Source: Auanema rhodensis
Lineage: Eukaryota; Animalia; Nematoda
Length of the DNA stretch: 64,000 nt
Reading direction: 5' to 3'
Assembly: GCA_964057225.1 (NCBI GenBank)
Contig: OZ059899.1
Location: 5,084,001-5,148,000 of the forward strand
In this document: piece by piece, positions 27,760 to 44,689 of the stretch
Layout: every line of letters starts with the position of its first letter
How positions within the stretch are numbered: position 1 is the first letter of the stretch
Made by a program: the position numbers and the translations under genes
The notes under the pieces: generated by a model
Databases searched by the model: none
Told to the model about the DNA's origin: nothing
The model's input: the letters and a program-made list of their open reading frames with translations, nothing else

Positions 27760-28992
27760 AGAAAAGTTAATGATGATGTGAAGTATTAAATTGGTTTATA
27801 TGATATAATTCCGCGATAACTATCTTCAGATCATCATAGCTGATCTGATAATAATGATGATGAATATCAACTGATAGTTAATATCAACTCTTTCTGCTTC
27901 AAATAGTTTGAAAGATCATTGTTCACCATGAAGAAAGAATGAATGTACAAGATCTACAGATTTTTCTGCGTTGCTTACTCTTGTCAAATTGCAAAAAATT
28001 CATTCATAGTAGAGCGAGATGCTTCTTCTTTGAACAAAATTTTCAACTTCACTAGCTTAAACTGTAAAAAATGCTGAAAACATAGAAAAAAATAATTTTT
28101 TTGCCTTAAAAGCTTTTCCACTAAGAAAAAAGTGAAGCAAATTATGGAGGGTTGAAGAGAGATAGTGAGAAGGGTTAAAGGGGAGGCCGAATGGAATAGA
28201 AGCAGAAAAAGCTTTTAAAGATTTATTGTAAACGTAGAGAATAGAATGAAGTTGAAAAGTTTTGACTAGATTATTTTTATGACTATTACGTGCTAGGAAT
28301 GAGAAGAGAAAGAAATATGTAGAAGAGACGGAGAGAATCAGAATGAAAGAAAAGGCTTTTTACTTAAATTTGGTTTTCTTTCATATTATATGGACAAATG
28401 GCTTTCTAGCACGGTGACACCCAATTTTAATAGCAACATGGCCATTCAAGTTAATGGAAAAAACATCAAAAGAGACATGCTATCCGATAAACGTAACAGG
28501 GAAAACTATGTTGATACGAATAGATATAAGAGATAGAGGGAGTGCAAAAGAGGTGGAGAAATTGAGAGATAACATGGAATAAAAAAGAGAAAGACAGATA
28601 GAGAGATGGAAAATATGAAGATTGAGAGTATATGAACAAAACAAAAACTCAACCGTTTTGTTCAGTTGCAAGATGTAAAATGTCGACAAGCTCACGTGAA
28701 TTTCACGCTTATGAAAAGTTTAACATATATCATTAATATTTGAATATTAAATAGAATTTTTTATTTTTTTTATTACTTTTTGAAGTCTTTTTCACGAAAT
28801 ATATTAGAAATATGCTAATTTATTTGTTCTATGAGTAAAACTAGATTTATATAAAAATCAAAATATGTTATAAATATTAAGAAATTGAAATGAGCCAGGT
28901 GGTAATGGTCATTATTATCCTAATTGAATAAATATGAATAAAATTAACAAGAAATCAAGTTTTATAATTTCATTTTATTTTAAATATTTATA

Positions 28993-28996
<4 letters not shown>

Positions 28997-29051
<55 letters not shown>

Positions 29052-29075
29052 TATATATATATAGTTATATATATA
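28997..29075. repeat. (TA)n microsatellite, interrupted at the 3' end
   Basis: Read directly from the sequence. Confidence 0.95.
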
Positions 29076-32000
29076 GTTATTATGGATTATAATATCGAAT
29101 TATTGGTAGCTTTCAGAGATAAAAATTTTAAAAATTAACAAATGTATTTTGGAAAGCCAAGTATTTGGTAAGCCATCCATACGTATAGTTCTCTGATAAC
29201 AGGTGCTTCAACTCTGTTCCAACTACCAATCTCATGTTTTTATTTAAATCAAGAAGTATGTAGAGAAAAAGAGGGAAATAGTCAAATCTATTGCATAAAT
29301 GAAGAAAAAATAGTTGGAATATTTTTTTCATAACATGAAAATAATAGAAATCAGTTGTTTTTTTCTTTGAAATATGAAATATATTTTATTGAGTATATCT
29401 AATATTTAATAGAAAAGTTGAAACAGATTAAAGAATTTATGTTTATTATTGAGAAATCAAGAAGATTTTCCAAGTTTTCGGAAAGAAATCTATTGTCTGA
29501 TTATCATACATGTCCTGGTTGTGCAAAACTTGTTTCGATGTTGTAACCTTCCTATTTACTTATTTTATTTATGTACATACATTACCTTCTGACTAAAACA
29601 TGAAAAACTACAAAACTAATTGGGCTATTAAGCTTTTCTAAACGATAATTAAAGTTTTACAGATTGTATTAGTGTTTAATAGCAACTTTCAAACATGGAT
29701 ATAAAGTTTATAGAAAGCAAACTTTTCTTCAGTTTTATCTTTAATTTATAATACGAAAAATCTTATTTTTCTATAAAATGAGGTTTTGGAAAAAATTTAA
29801 TAAAGTTTAATGAAATTCTACAAATAAATACTCAAGCTCTTAGTTTTTGATATTGTATATCTCACATATTTCCAAACTATCTAATAATCTCGGAACGTGG
29901 TGGAAAGGGGGTGAAGCAGAATCCAAGCAACTTGCTGCACTAGCGAAATATGTAATTTCATATCTCCACCAATGACAGGAAGTCTGACGATTCGAAGGAA
30001 ATTATCATATTTCTTTTGGAATTTACTAAATAAAAATGAAAATCGAAAATTATAACCATAATCATTCTTAGCCAGAAAAAGCATTTCGGATTTGAAGCGG
30101 ATCATGAAAAGGGCAATGCCAGTTCGACTACTTTAATTTTTGGTTAAACTTTTTGAATGCATACTCATACTGAAAAATACATGACGTAGTATTGAGTAAC
30201 AACATATTAACTCTTGTACATTAGGCTTTTATTTTTGTGTTAATTCACACCAAACAGCACATTGCAGGCAATCTGAGCCAAATTTATTGGAAAATTGAGA
30301 GTTTTCTGAAAAGATTAACAATAATATTTGAAAATGTTATACAGACATTTTCTAAATGCTGATCTTTAATGTTGATGTTAAAGATTTTTAAATGGAAATA
30401 ATGTTCCAAACTTTACAGAAAAGTGGTGTTCTAGTTTAAGCTACAAAAACTTTTTTCTCGCAAAATGTTGAACAATTTTATATACAAACTGCAGATTTAG
30501 AATGATTTAAAATCAAAAGAACAATGAAGAAACAAAAAATAGGAAGCATAAAACTGATCTCAAAAAAGGAGAGAAAGCAATGTCAAGACTATAGAAAAGC
30601 AAAGCTTTATTCTCTCTCTCTCTTCTCCTTCTATTGAAAAAGCCAAATGTCACAAAATTCGTTCGAATTCATTTCAAATAGCTCGTCGTTGAGTTGCCAT
30701 CAACCATGTTACCGGTTATTTATGGCTGTTCAATACGACAAAGCTTTTAATGAGTTTCATTTTCTGTTACATATTGTATGTTAAAGACAATATAAGCTTG
30801 ATATATGTTTATATCTAATAATAAACTTAAATATAATTTTATAAACTTTTAAAAAAAAATCAAAAAACAAAGGGGATGAATATGAATCTATTCACTGAAC
30901 TTATTACTCTGTAAATGGAATTAAATACACATATTAGAGTATGTATTCTAATCCGGAAATTTGATTCAATATGCAGTTTATATAGGATTTATATTATATT
31001 TTCATGAGCAATTGATATAATACAAGATTTAGAAAAAAAATATTAATCTTGTAAGTATTAAAAGTCGATTTTTGCATTTCCTGTTCAGAGATAAAAGATA
31101 AATTCAAAGGTAAAAAAATATTTCATGTTTCAAAATATTTTATAAAACTATCTATGATCTCTACCTTAAGAAATGGAATCAGAATTGAAAATCCGATTGT
31201 TTAAGTACTATTCTTTTACTCTCTTTTCACTTACCTAGCCCCTCTTTCACCCACTCATATTTCCTGACTCTCCTTTTATGAAACCTCAATCTCTTAGTCT
31301 TTCTCTCTATCTTTTGCAGTCTCTCCAACATGCTGACAATGAATATAGAGAGACAGCCGAAGCAATTGCAAACGATTAAGCAAAGTTTGGCTTTAGACAC
31401 ACGTCAGGATGTTTTAAGCGCTAAATAAGGGAAGTCACAAATTACGGAGAATCGTCAAGCAAGTTAGAGTATAGACAGCTGAAACGGGGTGGCAAGAACA
31501 TTGGTGAAGAAGGTTTGAATTTTTGAGCTTTATGCGGTACTAAGTACTTACAGTTGAAAAGGAAACAGAAAACAAAGTGTGAAAAGCGGTAGAAACAACT
31601 GGAAAGATCAAGACCTCAGAGGGTCATGTTTCTTGTGAAAAATTATTTTGGTTAAAGCACAAACATACACGTATATTTGACTAAGTGGAAATTCCATAAA
31701 ACGTTTTGCTAAAGCCCAGTTAGAAATTAAAATAAAATACGAGAGAAAAGAAAATAGAGTAGGGGGGTAGATAGAGATAGATAGAAAGTGAGGTATAGTA
31801 TTAGAAATATGTGAATATTAATAGAAATAGTTGGCTTCACCAGATAAAGCAAGGATATTACAAATGAAGGAAGTAAAAGAGACGACGTTTAGATTTGTGA
31901 AATTAAGATAATGTTATGAAGTTCGAGTCCTAACAGAAGATGAAAAAAGCAAAAATTTATGATGATAGTTATGATATGCTATTGTTTACTATAAAAGAAA

Positions 32001-33356
32001 ATAACAAAGAAAAAAATCATATATTAATGGAAATAATTAGAAATATAGTATAGCTCGAAAGGAGATATAAAGATAATTTAGTTTTCATTATCAAAAAGAA
32101 AAAATCGAATAATACAAGAAATGAAAAGCAAAAGGAAGAATAGAGGGAGAGCACATATATTTCTATACATGAGACGTCATCTAAATTATTATGAAAACTA
32201 TGAAGAAAGCAACGAAGAGGAGAGAAGGGGGATGGTGATAGGATATTGGGATTAGTGTCTTGAAAGCATTGATGCATTGCTAAGAAGATTCGACATTGAG
32301 AGATGAAAAGTAAGAGAGGGGTATGTACATGAATATGAAGACTTCAAACTGAAAAAGAAAAGCCAAAGTACGAGAGAAAAGCCAAGATATATATATGTCA
32401 GAAAGGAAGTTTTATAATTTTTATTATTTCGGAATTGAGAGAGACGGTAGAAAAATAAAATTAATGTGGATGAGTGCATGGAAAAAAAACTTTTGCAACA
32501 GAATCATAACCATATCTAGCATTCACAGACGACTCAATTCATAACCTTCAAAATACATAAATTACTACTACAAATGTGATATTTATACTTGTAATGATAG
32601 AATATTGAAACAAATAATATACATAATGCACATAATTTGAAATAATATAAAACGTTTTTTTAAATCCTATGGATTATAATTTCATGCAGTATCAATGTTT
32701 TTTTAATTTATCCCAACAAAGAAAAAGAAAAAGAAACAAAAAAGTTCTTGTTAGTTCAAATTTGTTTGCCATACTCTAGTCATCAGAATAGCGTTAGCAA
32801 TCCAAGTTACGGGCACAAGCTCATTTGCTGCCTATAAAACAGCTATAACAATGTGTAGCAAAATGAGACAACCTATTTTAGACATATGAATTAAGAAAAA
32901 ATGTTAGATGAAAAACAAAAAAATACTAAGCTAAAATGAGATATTAAGCACATTTTACGAGACAACTATGTGGTTCTAGTTTGAAGAGTTACAAACAAAA
33001 ATTATTGGAATTAAGCTGATCGGCTAGATATCGTTATTAGTTCATTTTAATACAACTCAGTCAAACAATCGGTTGTCTTTCATCGATTCTCTATCTCATT
33101 TCACACAGTTTTACTTTATCAAGTAGAACTTGGACTTGTTATTGTAATCACGAGAGGATAAATGACCTAAAACTATGATCTGCTCAACTGTTAACGTTAG
33201 ATTACGGTATCCAATAGATCGATTACTAGACTATCATGTTTAGGGAAATTCTTTACTCTTTTTTTTCTCGAGAGCTCGTAAAAACCAATAAATTAATTTT
33301 TTATAAGAATATATATATAGCTAAGAAACGTTTTAAAATATCCAGAGTCTATCGCC

Positions 33357-35013
33357 ATGTATAGAAGCCTCGAGAATGAGGTTGTGATTGCAATAATTAA
33401 ATTTTTTTGTTATCTAAGTGTTGTAGGATGATATCTCTTCTCAAACTAGTGAGAGTATAAGAAATGTTGATGGCACTAAGATTAGCCGTTTTCATAAAAA
33501 AGTGAGTTTCATTATTGTCGCATATTTCCTTTTCAAAGGTTTTTTCAGTTATTTTCTGCAGCGGCTCGTTTATTGGCTTCTTTAGTTTCATGCTATCCCA
33601 TAGATAAAGAAAATAAAGAAAGGGATTCCTTCCCCTGTGCTAAGGAGAAGCGATTAAGGCAAGTCATTTCCTTATTTATTAAGTTATTCATAATCGTTTT
33701 CAGCTTTGAGGATTTGCCTAATGAGATTGTTTTACTTATAATTTCGAAATGTGATTTTTCCTCCAAAATGAATATGCGAGCTGTAAGTCATTGACTTGTT
33801 CTATCTGATATATTTTGAACCTAGGTAAACAAACGGTTTCAATGCATAATTGATGACTATGCTCATTATCTTGTTCGTCGTAATCTTATTGGGGGCATAG
33901 AAATTCGTGATGTTTCTCTTCATTCACATGAAGGCATGTTTCTTCATATTTAAGGATAATTGAAGAAATTGTGCTTTAGATACTCTAGCTACGTCTTCAT
34001 CGAAAGAACCTAGGTCAGAAAATGTCAGTTTAACTCTTCGTCGCCCCTTAAATAGAATGGAAATTTTACTACCTGTAGGCAGACTGAAGAATGTTTTGCG
34101 GTAAGTTTGTTATTGAAAATCTTAATGTTTTCTTTTATTTAGTCATGTTTGCGTGTGTCATTCTTTAAATTTACGTGGTGTTCATCTTGACGAGATTTTG
34201 GCTTCTGGCATCCTGAATGCTTCTTTCCGTGCCATAAGTGATGTAATTGTTGATCGTGTTCACAGCGTAACTGCGGATACATTGGCAAAGCTGGTTCGAA
34301 AAGTGAGATAATATCATTGTTCTTCAAATTTCATCCTGGTATTTAGGCGTATCCCTCCAATCTACTGTTAATTCAAAATCACGTATCTCCTGAATCAACT
34401 GATGTAATTGTACCGGAATTACTGAACGCTTGTCCAGCTCGGGAAATAAATATTGCTTCAAGTGTTTCTTTGGTAGTTTAAAAACTAATTCTTAAACTAA
34501 TTTTGATATATTTGTTTAGATTCATTCTTCTTTTGATGATTGTTCTCTGGTTAAATTGGTTTTATCCGATGTAGTAGTTCGAAGAGTCATAAGACTACCG
34601 CTTTGTTCCATTACTCATCATGGTATAAAAAAAGCTGCTATGGTAAGTTTAAGTTCAGAAATCTTGATATTATTTTGTTTGTAGGAATTTTATAAAAAAT
34701 GCTGTGAAATTATTAAAGAAACTACAGATGATATGCATTCACCTGTCTGGGAGGTAAGCGCTGTCTTTTATTTTTGTTCAAATTTGTGTTATAGGTGTCA
34801 GTTTCTGTGCCACGCTCTTCATTAATAGATCGGAATCAAATAAACATTCCTGAAGAAATGAAAGAACAATGTACCATTTGGGGCTATCTTCCTCCTCATC
34901 GAGATAGTTTCACTGTTGAGGTTTATATTTGAATCATTCGTTTAAAATTTTAGTGATATTAGGTCAGAGTCGAATTAATGAATTTACGGATTTTGGTTGA
35001 AACAAAAGCATGA
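33357..35013 (+). CDS. F-box domain protein, multi-exon
   Basis: F-box motif SFEDLPNEIVLLIISKCDFSSKMNMRAVNKRFQCII. The exon chain is in phase from ATG 33357 to TGA 35011-35013 and needs two GC-AG introns. Confidence 0.8.
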
Positions 35014-35287
35014 AGCTGTTGTTTACAGAGGTTTTTTTCAATTTTCAGTTTCGAATCCTTATTCATTCAGTGTATATTGTATTATTTTTCCCTTTCTTTT
35101 TTTTTGTTATTGTAAAGTTTGGAAGCCAGTGCAAGGTTTCCATTCCTAGTCTGATGTGGCGTTTCATCCACATTTTTTCTGTGATACATCTAATAATTGA
35201 AAGTTTTATCAAGTGAACTTTAATCCTTAACAATGTTTTTTTTCAATTCCAATATGGAATGTTTCCACGAGAAAATGATTTTTTTGA

Positions 35288-39346
<4,059 letters not shown>

Positions 39347-40547
39347 TGTAAACGGAAAAGAGCAAGATGCCCGAAAGCTGTCCTTGTAGGATAAAAGGAA
39401 AAAAGGAAATTAGATGGACCCTATTTCCACAGGATACTCGCTTTGCGGCTCTTAGAGATTGACGACAAAATGCAAGCATAGGTTCAGCATCATTTGATTC
39501 CGTGAGAAGGCTACAATGGGACTCTTTTAGTGATAACTTATAAAAGGAACTGTAAAACAAGCTGTTGAGGCTGAAAAAAATATTGCTTTATACGATATTC
39601 ATCAAAATACTAAACTAAAGAGCAGAATAGACATATATTAAATATTTTCTATAGTAAATTGAATATTGTTTTTTTTTTTAAAGGTACGCTTTACTCATAT
39701 CTTATATATAGCTATAATAACGCTTTCTTAAAATTCTTTCTGGAACCTAGTAGTGAATCTATCAAGATAAAGTTGGAAATTCAAACAGTCTTTGAGATGA
39801 ACCTCACAACTAGAAATGAAAACGTAGTTGTGAATGGAAGAGGTGTTGAGCTTAGCACATATGAAGAATATAATTTGATGTATACCCGTAAAAGGACGTC
39901 CAAGTCAGAGAGGATGCAGAGAAAAGAGGCGGCAAATTGACTTAAGGAGAGGGTACGGGATGTGCCTAGTGTCTGCTACAGCTGCTCCTACTACTTCTTC
40001 CTTGCAGCACAACCAACTTCTTTCTCTCCCTCTCTCTCCCATCTCAACTCTTTTCGTCGTACTTCTTTTCCCTCTCAATTTGCTATCTACCAACCACTTT
40101 CAGCCACCAAAATGAGAAAGGTCCACGAAATTGGCTCAGGCGTACCGCCGACCAATTATGGAAGGGAGGCTGAGAGCTTATCCTACAACACACTACAGCT
40201 GCGAGAAAGCATTCTTCAGGTTGATGGGACCTGACAATGCGATGCTTGGATTAAGAATACTTATTGGATAACGATGTTTACCATATTGCCTCAATAATCC
40301 CCTAGGATCATTCTAATGAATTGTAATATCATATTTGTACTCTTAGATTATTCAAAATTACACTGTACTTTTAAAAAAATTTATTTGACAATTCTTGAGC
40401 ATTAATATTAATAGGACACTTTTATAAAGACAACAATATATGATAGAGATCTTATGAACTTTTTCTCATTAAAAATTCAAATTGATAAACTACAAATATA
40501 TACAAATGAAATTATATAAATGACATTAGTTATGAAACATATGCTTT

Positions 40548-41492
40548 TTATACCCGAGTAAGATTAAACCCGCAAGACGACTCTACCGTAAATATGAAAG
40601 GTCCTTCTTGTCCACTCTGAAATCATAACTTTTTTCATTTTCCAATCTTTTAAAGAACTAACCAAAAATGTTGATACTTGTACTTTATATACACCAGCTG
40701 GAACTTTTTCCAGAGCTAAAACGGTATATCCGGGTCTGAACATAGTATGATACATACAAACATAATATTAAAAAACCAATACCTGTAAACACCAGAATCT
40801 TTACTCTCATATTTTATTTGCCGAGAAGAAGATTCCTGAGAAACTCTGAACCCGACACTATACTGCTTTGGTCCTTTGAGAATTATGAGAATTTCATTCT
40901 CATCACTATAATCCTCTAATGAGACGAGGAAACATGGATTGTTTCTAAAATAGAGAAACTTAATTTCGTTGTAACATTATATATATTATACTTGAATGAT
41001 TCACCCCCTCCATTACCGCAACCACCAGCCGATTTTCCTTCCCATTTACCAGTTATCTAAATTATATTTGTTTATTTTTCAACAAAAAAAAACTCACAGT
41101 TTTTTTATGCTTATAAGCAGTCTTAATGGGATTTAAATTGAATTTCGTTGAAGAATATACTCTTAGAGTGTAGTTAATTGTATTCATTTTTTCATACTAA
41201 AAAATAAAAAATCAGAGAAAAAGTTGAAAACTACTAAGAGAAACCTGGGCGACTACTAATGTATATTTTTGAATGCCTGGCTCATCAACAATCATCTGGC
41301 ACAAATAGTGAGGACTGTTGATTCGTAATCCTTCATAGAGAGGCTTAGGATCAACTGAAAACACAAAACAGTATTTCAGATATATTTTTAGAATCTCACA
41401 AGGCAAATATACTTTCTTGCCTGATTTGTAAACCATCACAGTAATATACTCTTTGTTGTTGGCAAAATCATTCTGAAATCAATTTTTTTTAG

Positions 41493-41549
<57 letters not shown>

Positions 41550-44011
41550 GAGAGAAGATCGAGAGGCTAGGAAAAAATATCGGGTAATTACTATTTCAGT
41601 GATGTGCCTAGTAAGTAAAATCCAAACAGCAGCTTTTCCCTGATTATTAACTTCTAAAGAGTATTGTGGGTTGTCAGCAACAGAATATAAATCCTTAATA
41701 GGTCCAGCACAAGCATGCCATGAGCTAATTTGAAAATTTTATTTTGATATTCAATCTTAAAAATACTTACGAATGATAAGCACTAGTGAATGGGAACAAA
41801 TTAGGGTTCCAATTCACATAGAAAACTTCGAAGAAATTACAAACCGATTGTAAATCAATCCAGAAAACTCCTAAAGATATGTCAATTTTTTAAAAAGTTA
41901 AGATGTCTTACAACAAACCGTCATCTTTTTCTTGGGCTTTATTAGGATCATAATCCAAAGCTTTACGTAAAGTTGGGGTCCAATTTGCTTGATCATTCTC
42001 AGAAAACTTTCCTTTCCATCTAAGATGAGTCCATGGATTTTTAACCATTAAAAGTTGATGTCCCTAAAGTCACGAATGAAAAAAAAAACAAGTACAACTA
42101 ATATACTTCAACTTTTCTCAAGTCTAAGACGGCGTATGCATGAGCATCTACTAATCCTGCTCTGTCACAAACTGCTTGATCTAGTTTACCAGTAGCCAAT
42201 GTGATTAAGCAATCACCAGCATGGAATCTAGTTAAAAGTTTCTCAAAAATCTAGAATAATACAGTATTATCAGCAGTACATTCCAAATTTACCTTGTCAA
42301 CATCAAGCTTTGAAATTTTTTCTTTTGATATTGCAATTCGTTCTGGTATCCATCCAGATAACGCATGAAGATCGATGTTCTGAACAAGTATAATAACAAC
42401 TATTATAATCAGTAAACTTACAGAATTTGATCCGGGAAAGTCATATCCACCCATTACTTTGAGATAAGCTTTTTCCAGGAGTGAAACCCAAAGTTCTCCG
42501 GGTTGCTGACTGTTAGAGCACAAAAGTACTCCATTTTCTCCAGTTGGAAAATAATCATCAATTATAACCTCAAAAAATAATATTAAAAAAGTTGTTAGAA
42601 TAAAAGAAACCTTTCTCCAGACACCATTAATGTGAAACTTAACCATATATTTGCCATGTGAATTATAAACCGGTATTCCACTTTTATTTTGAGGAAAAAT
42701 TATACTAAAATAAGATAAATAGTATAAAATAAATATTCCGATAAACCTCGTAACTATTTGTTTACCAAATTTCTTTTCATATCTAGCTGCTACCGACAAT
42801 GAGGATACAAATGAACAATCAGATATCACGGTCTGAGAATAAACAACTTCGGTAAACAACATTGAACGAAAAATACCTGCTTGATACTTCCACTATCAAT
42901 ATTTTTGATCAACTTGGGCTCAGACATGAACTCAGATGGTCTCAACCAAGCTTTGAATTTTGCCTTTTGTTTATCGGTTAAAGGAAGTTTGCCATCTTTA
43001 TCACTAAAAAAACTTTTTTTTTTTAAAACCGAGACGCAATGACTAACGTAAACGGTATTGAAAATGAAAACTTTTCTTGTAAATCATGAGACAAAAACGG
43101 TACATATTGCTTTCCATTTATGTTCGATGTAATACCTAGCACAGATAATTCTTCTTTGGTTAATCCATTTCCCTAATAATAATCTTTGAGAAAAATCACT
43201 AAATAGGCTATACTTGTTGTATCTTTGGTTTTAAAGAAGGTGAGGAAGTAGCTGGTTTTCTTTCTGGGCTGGGGGTTTTACTATGAATAGAAAACTTGTC
43301 AAAATCTGAACTTTGAAAGGTAAATTAAATTAATTTAAGAAATACAACCATTAGTAGGAACATCAGGAAGTTTAAGAAGTTCTTCTTCAGCTTTTTTAAT
43401 AAATCCGTTTAAAGTTTCCATTCTGGTGAGAGCAGCATCGATTATTTTTAAAATATTTTTTCGTTTCGTCTCATCAGTACAAGTATGGCACTTGAATAAA
43501 ATGGAAACTTTATATAAAATAAAAGTTAAACTTACGGCTTCAGTGAACAATTGAATAGACGCTTTATATTCATCTAAGGCTAAACTGTGGTGTTTTTGAG
43601 AATCAAGATCTTGTGCTTTAATCATTAGAAACTCCGCTTTTTCAAACCGCAGTTGATTAGGGCTTTTATTCATCTAAATGTTAATATCACCCATTTAAAA
43701 AAAGAGGTAGAACACCTTGAGCTTACCTTGGCTAATTCTAATAACCTCGGCAAATCTTTTTTTAAATATTCCGCTCGATTGATATATTCTTCAGCATTTT
43801 TTCTCAATATTGGCAAGCACTGAACAAGAACCTAGTATTATGTTTCAGTGAACACAAAACTCACTTTTTTTTCATTGAGTAATTGAAGTAATTTATTAGC
43901 AGCTTCAACATAGAAATATATTGCTTCTTCATATCTCCTACCATGATCATATGTTGTAGCTTTTTGAGCGATGCTTAGAGCAGCAGAAGTCGCTGCTTCA
44001 TCTACTGGCAT
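40548..44011 (-). CDS. CAPN7: Calpain-7/PalB-type cysteine protease with tandem MIT domains
   Basis: N-terminal MIT ([24 protein letters not shown]) plus a second MIT-like segment. The catalytic triad is intact: [24 protein letters not shown]. Also [23 protein letters not shown] and C-terminal STFLSGQEGPF. Confidence 0.93.
41499..41556. repeat. (GA)n microsatellite inside a CAPN7 intron
   Basis: Read directly; it expands this intron to about 115 nt. Confidence 0.95.
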
Positions 44012-44689
44012 ACTGGAATAAAAGTTTATTATGCAAAACTAGGACGATAACATTTTAATAAGCTATAAGAACTATATTTGAAATATATTTAAATCAAGAT
44101 TATTATACTCTATCATATGATATCGCTATCTTAGTCATAGCTTATGATTATCACAACATTGATTTCTTCATGCTGTACAAACAATGAATTTTTTTAAAAT
44201 GCTTAGTTCCTCTATCATGATTTCTTATTTGGAACTTAAAATCAAATTCAAACTAGTTCATAATAGACATTTTTTTAGAAAAAAATTAATTTTATAATTA
44301 AGTCAGGAAAAAGAGAATAATTATAGAATAAAAACGAATGCTGTTTACAAGGGGGCGGAGTTTTTCAATTATATTCAAATATCTGTTTATTTATTAAACT
44401 TTTTTTTTAAGCTTGAGTGTATTTAAATCAAATGTTATACATTAGCTGGAGTGTATTTAAATTAAATGTAATATATTATCTTATTATATTCATACATGAC
44501 AACTTTTGATGCTTTGATCTTTTTTTTTGTAATTTGCATATGCGAAAATGCTTCTTTTTTTATTTTATGCTCACAATTTCCTATTCGAAATTCTTATTTT
44601 TCATATTCTAATCCTTATACAAATAGAATAACGATATATTTTAGACCTTATCATTGATAGTCGGGTCTTATCCGCTAAAATATTGGCGT
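44012..44689. promoter_or_regulatory. Divergent (bidirectional) promoter region between CAPN7 and the plus-strand cluster
   Basis: Head-to-head gene arrangement. A lone GC box (GGGGCGGAG, about 44352-44360) sits next to a forkhead-like TGTTTAC (44342-44348) in very AT-rich sequence. Confidence 0.55.

Noticed and set aside
31915-31935. GTTCGAGTCC B-box-like motif
   Set aside because: There is no A box or cloverleaf around it, so it is not a tRNA.
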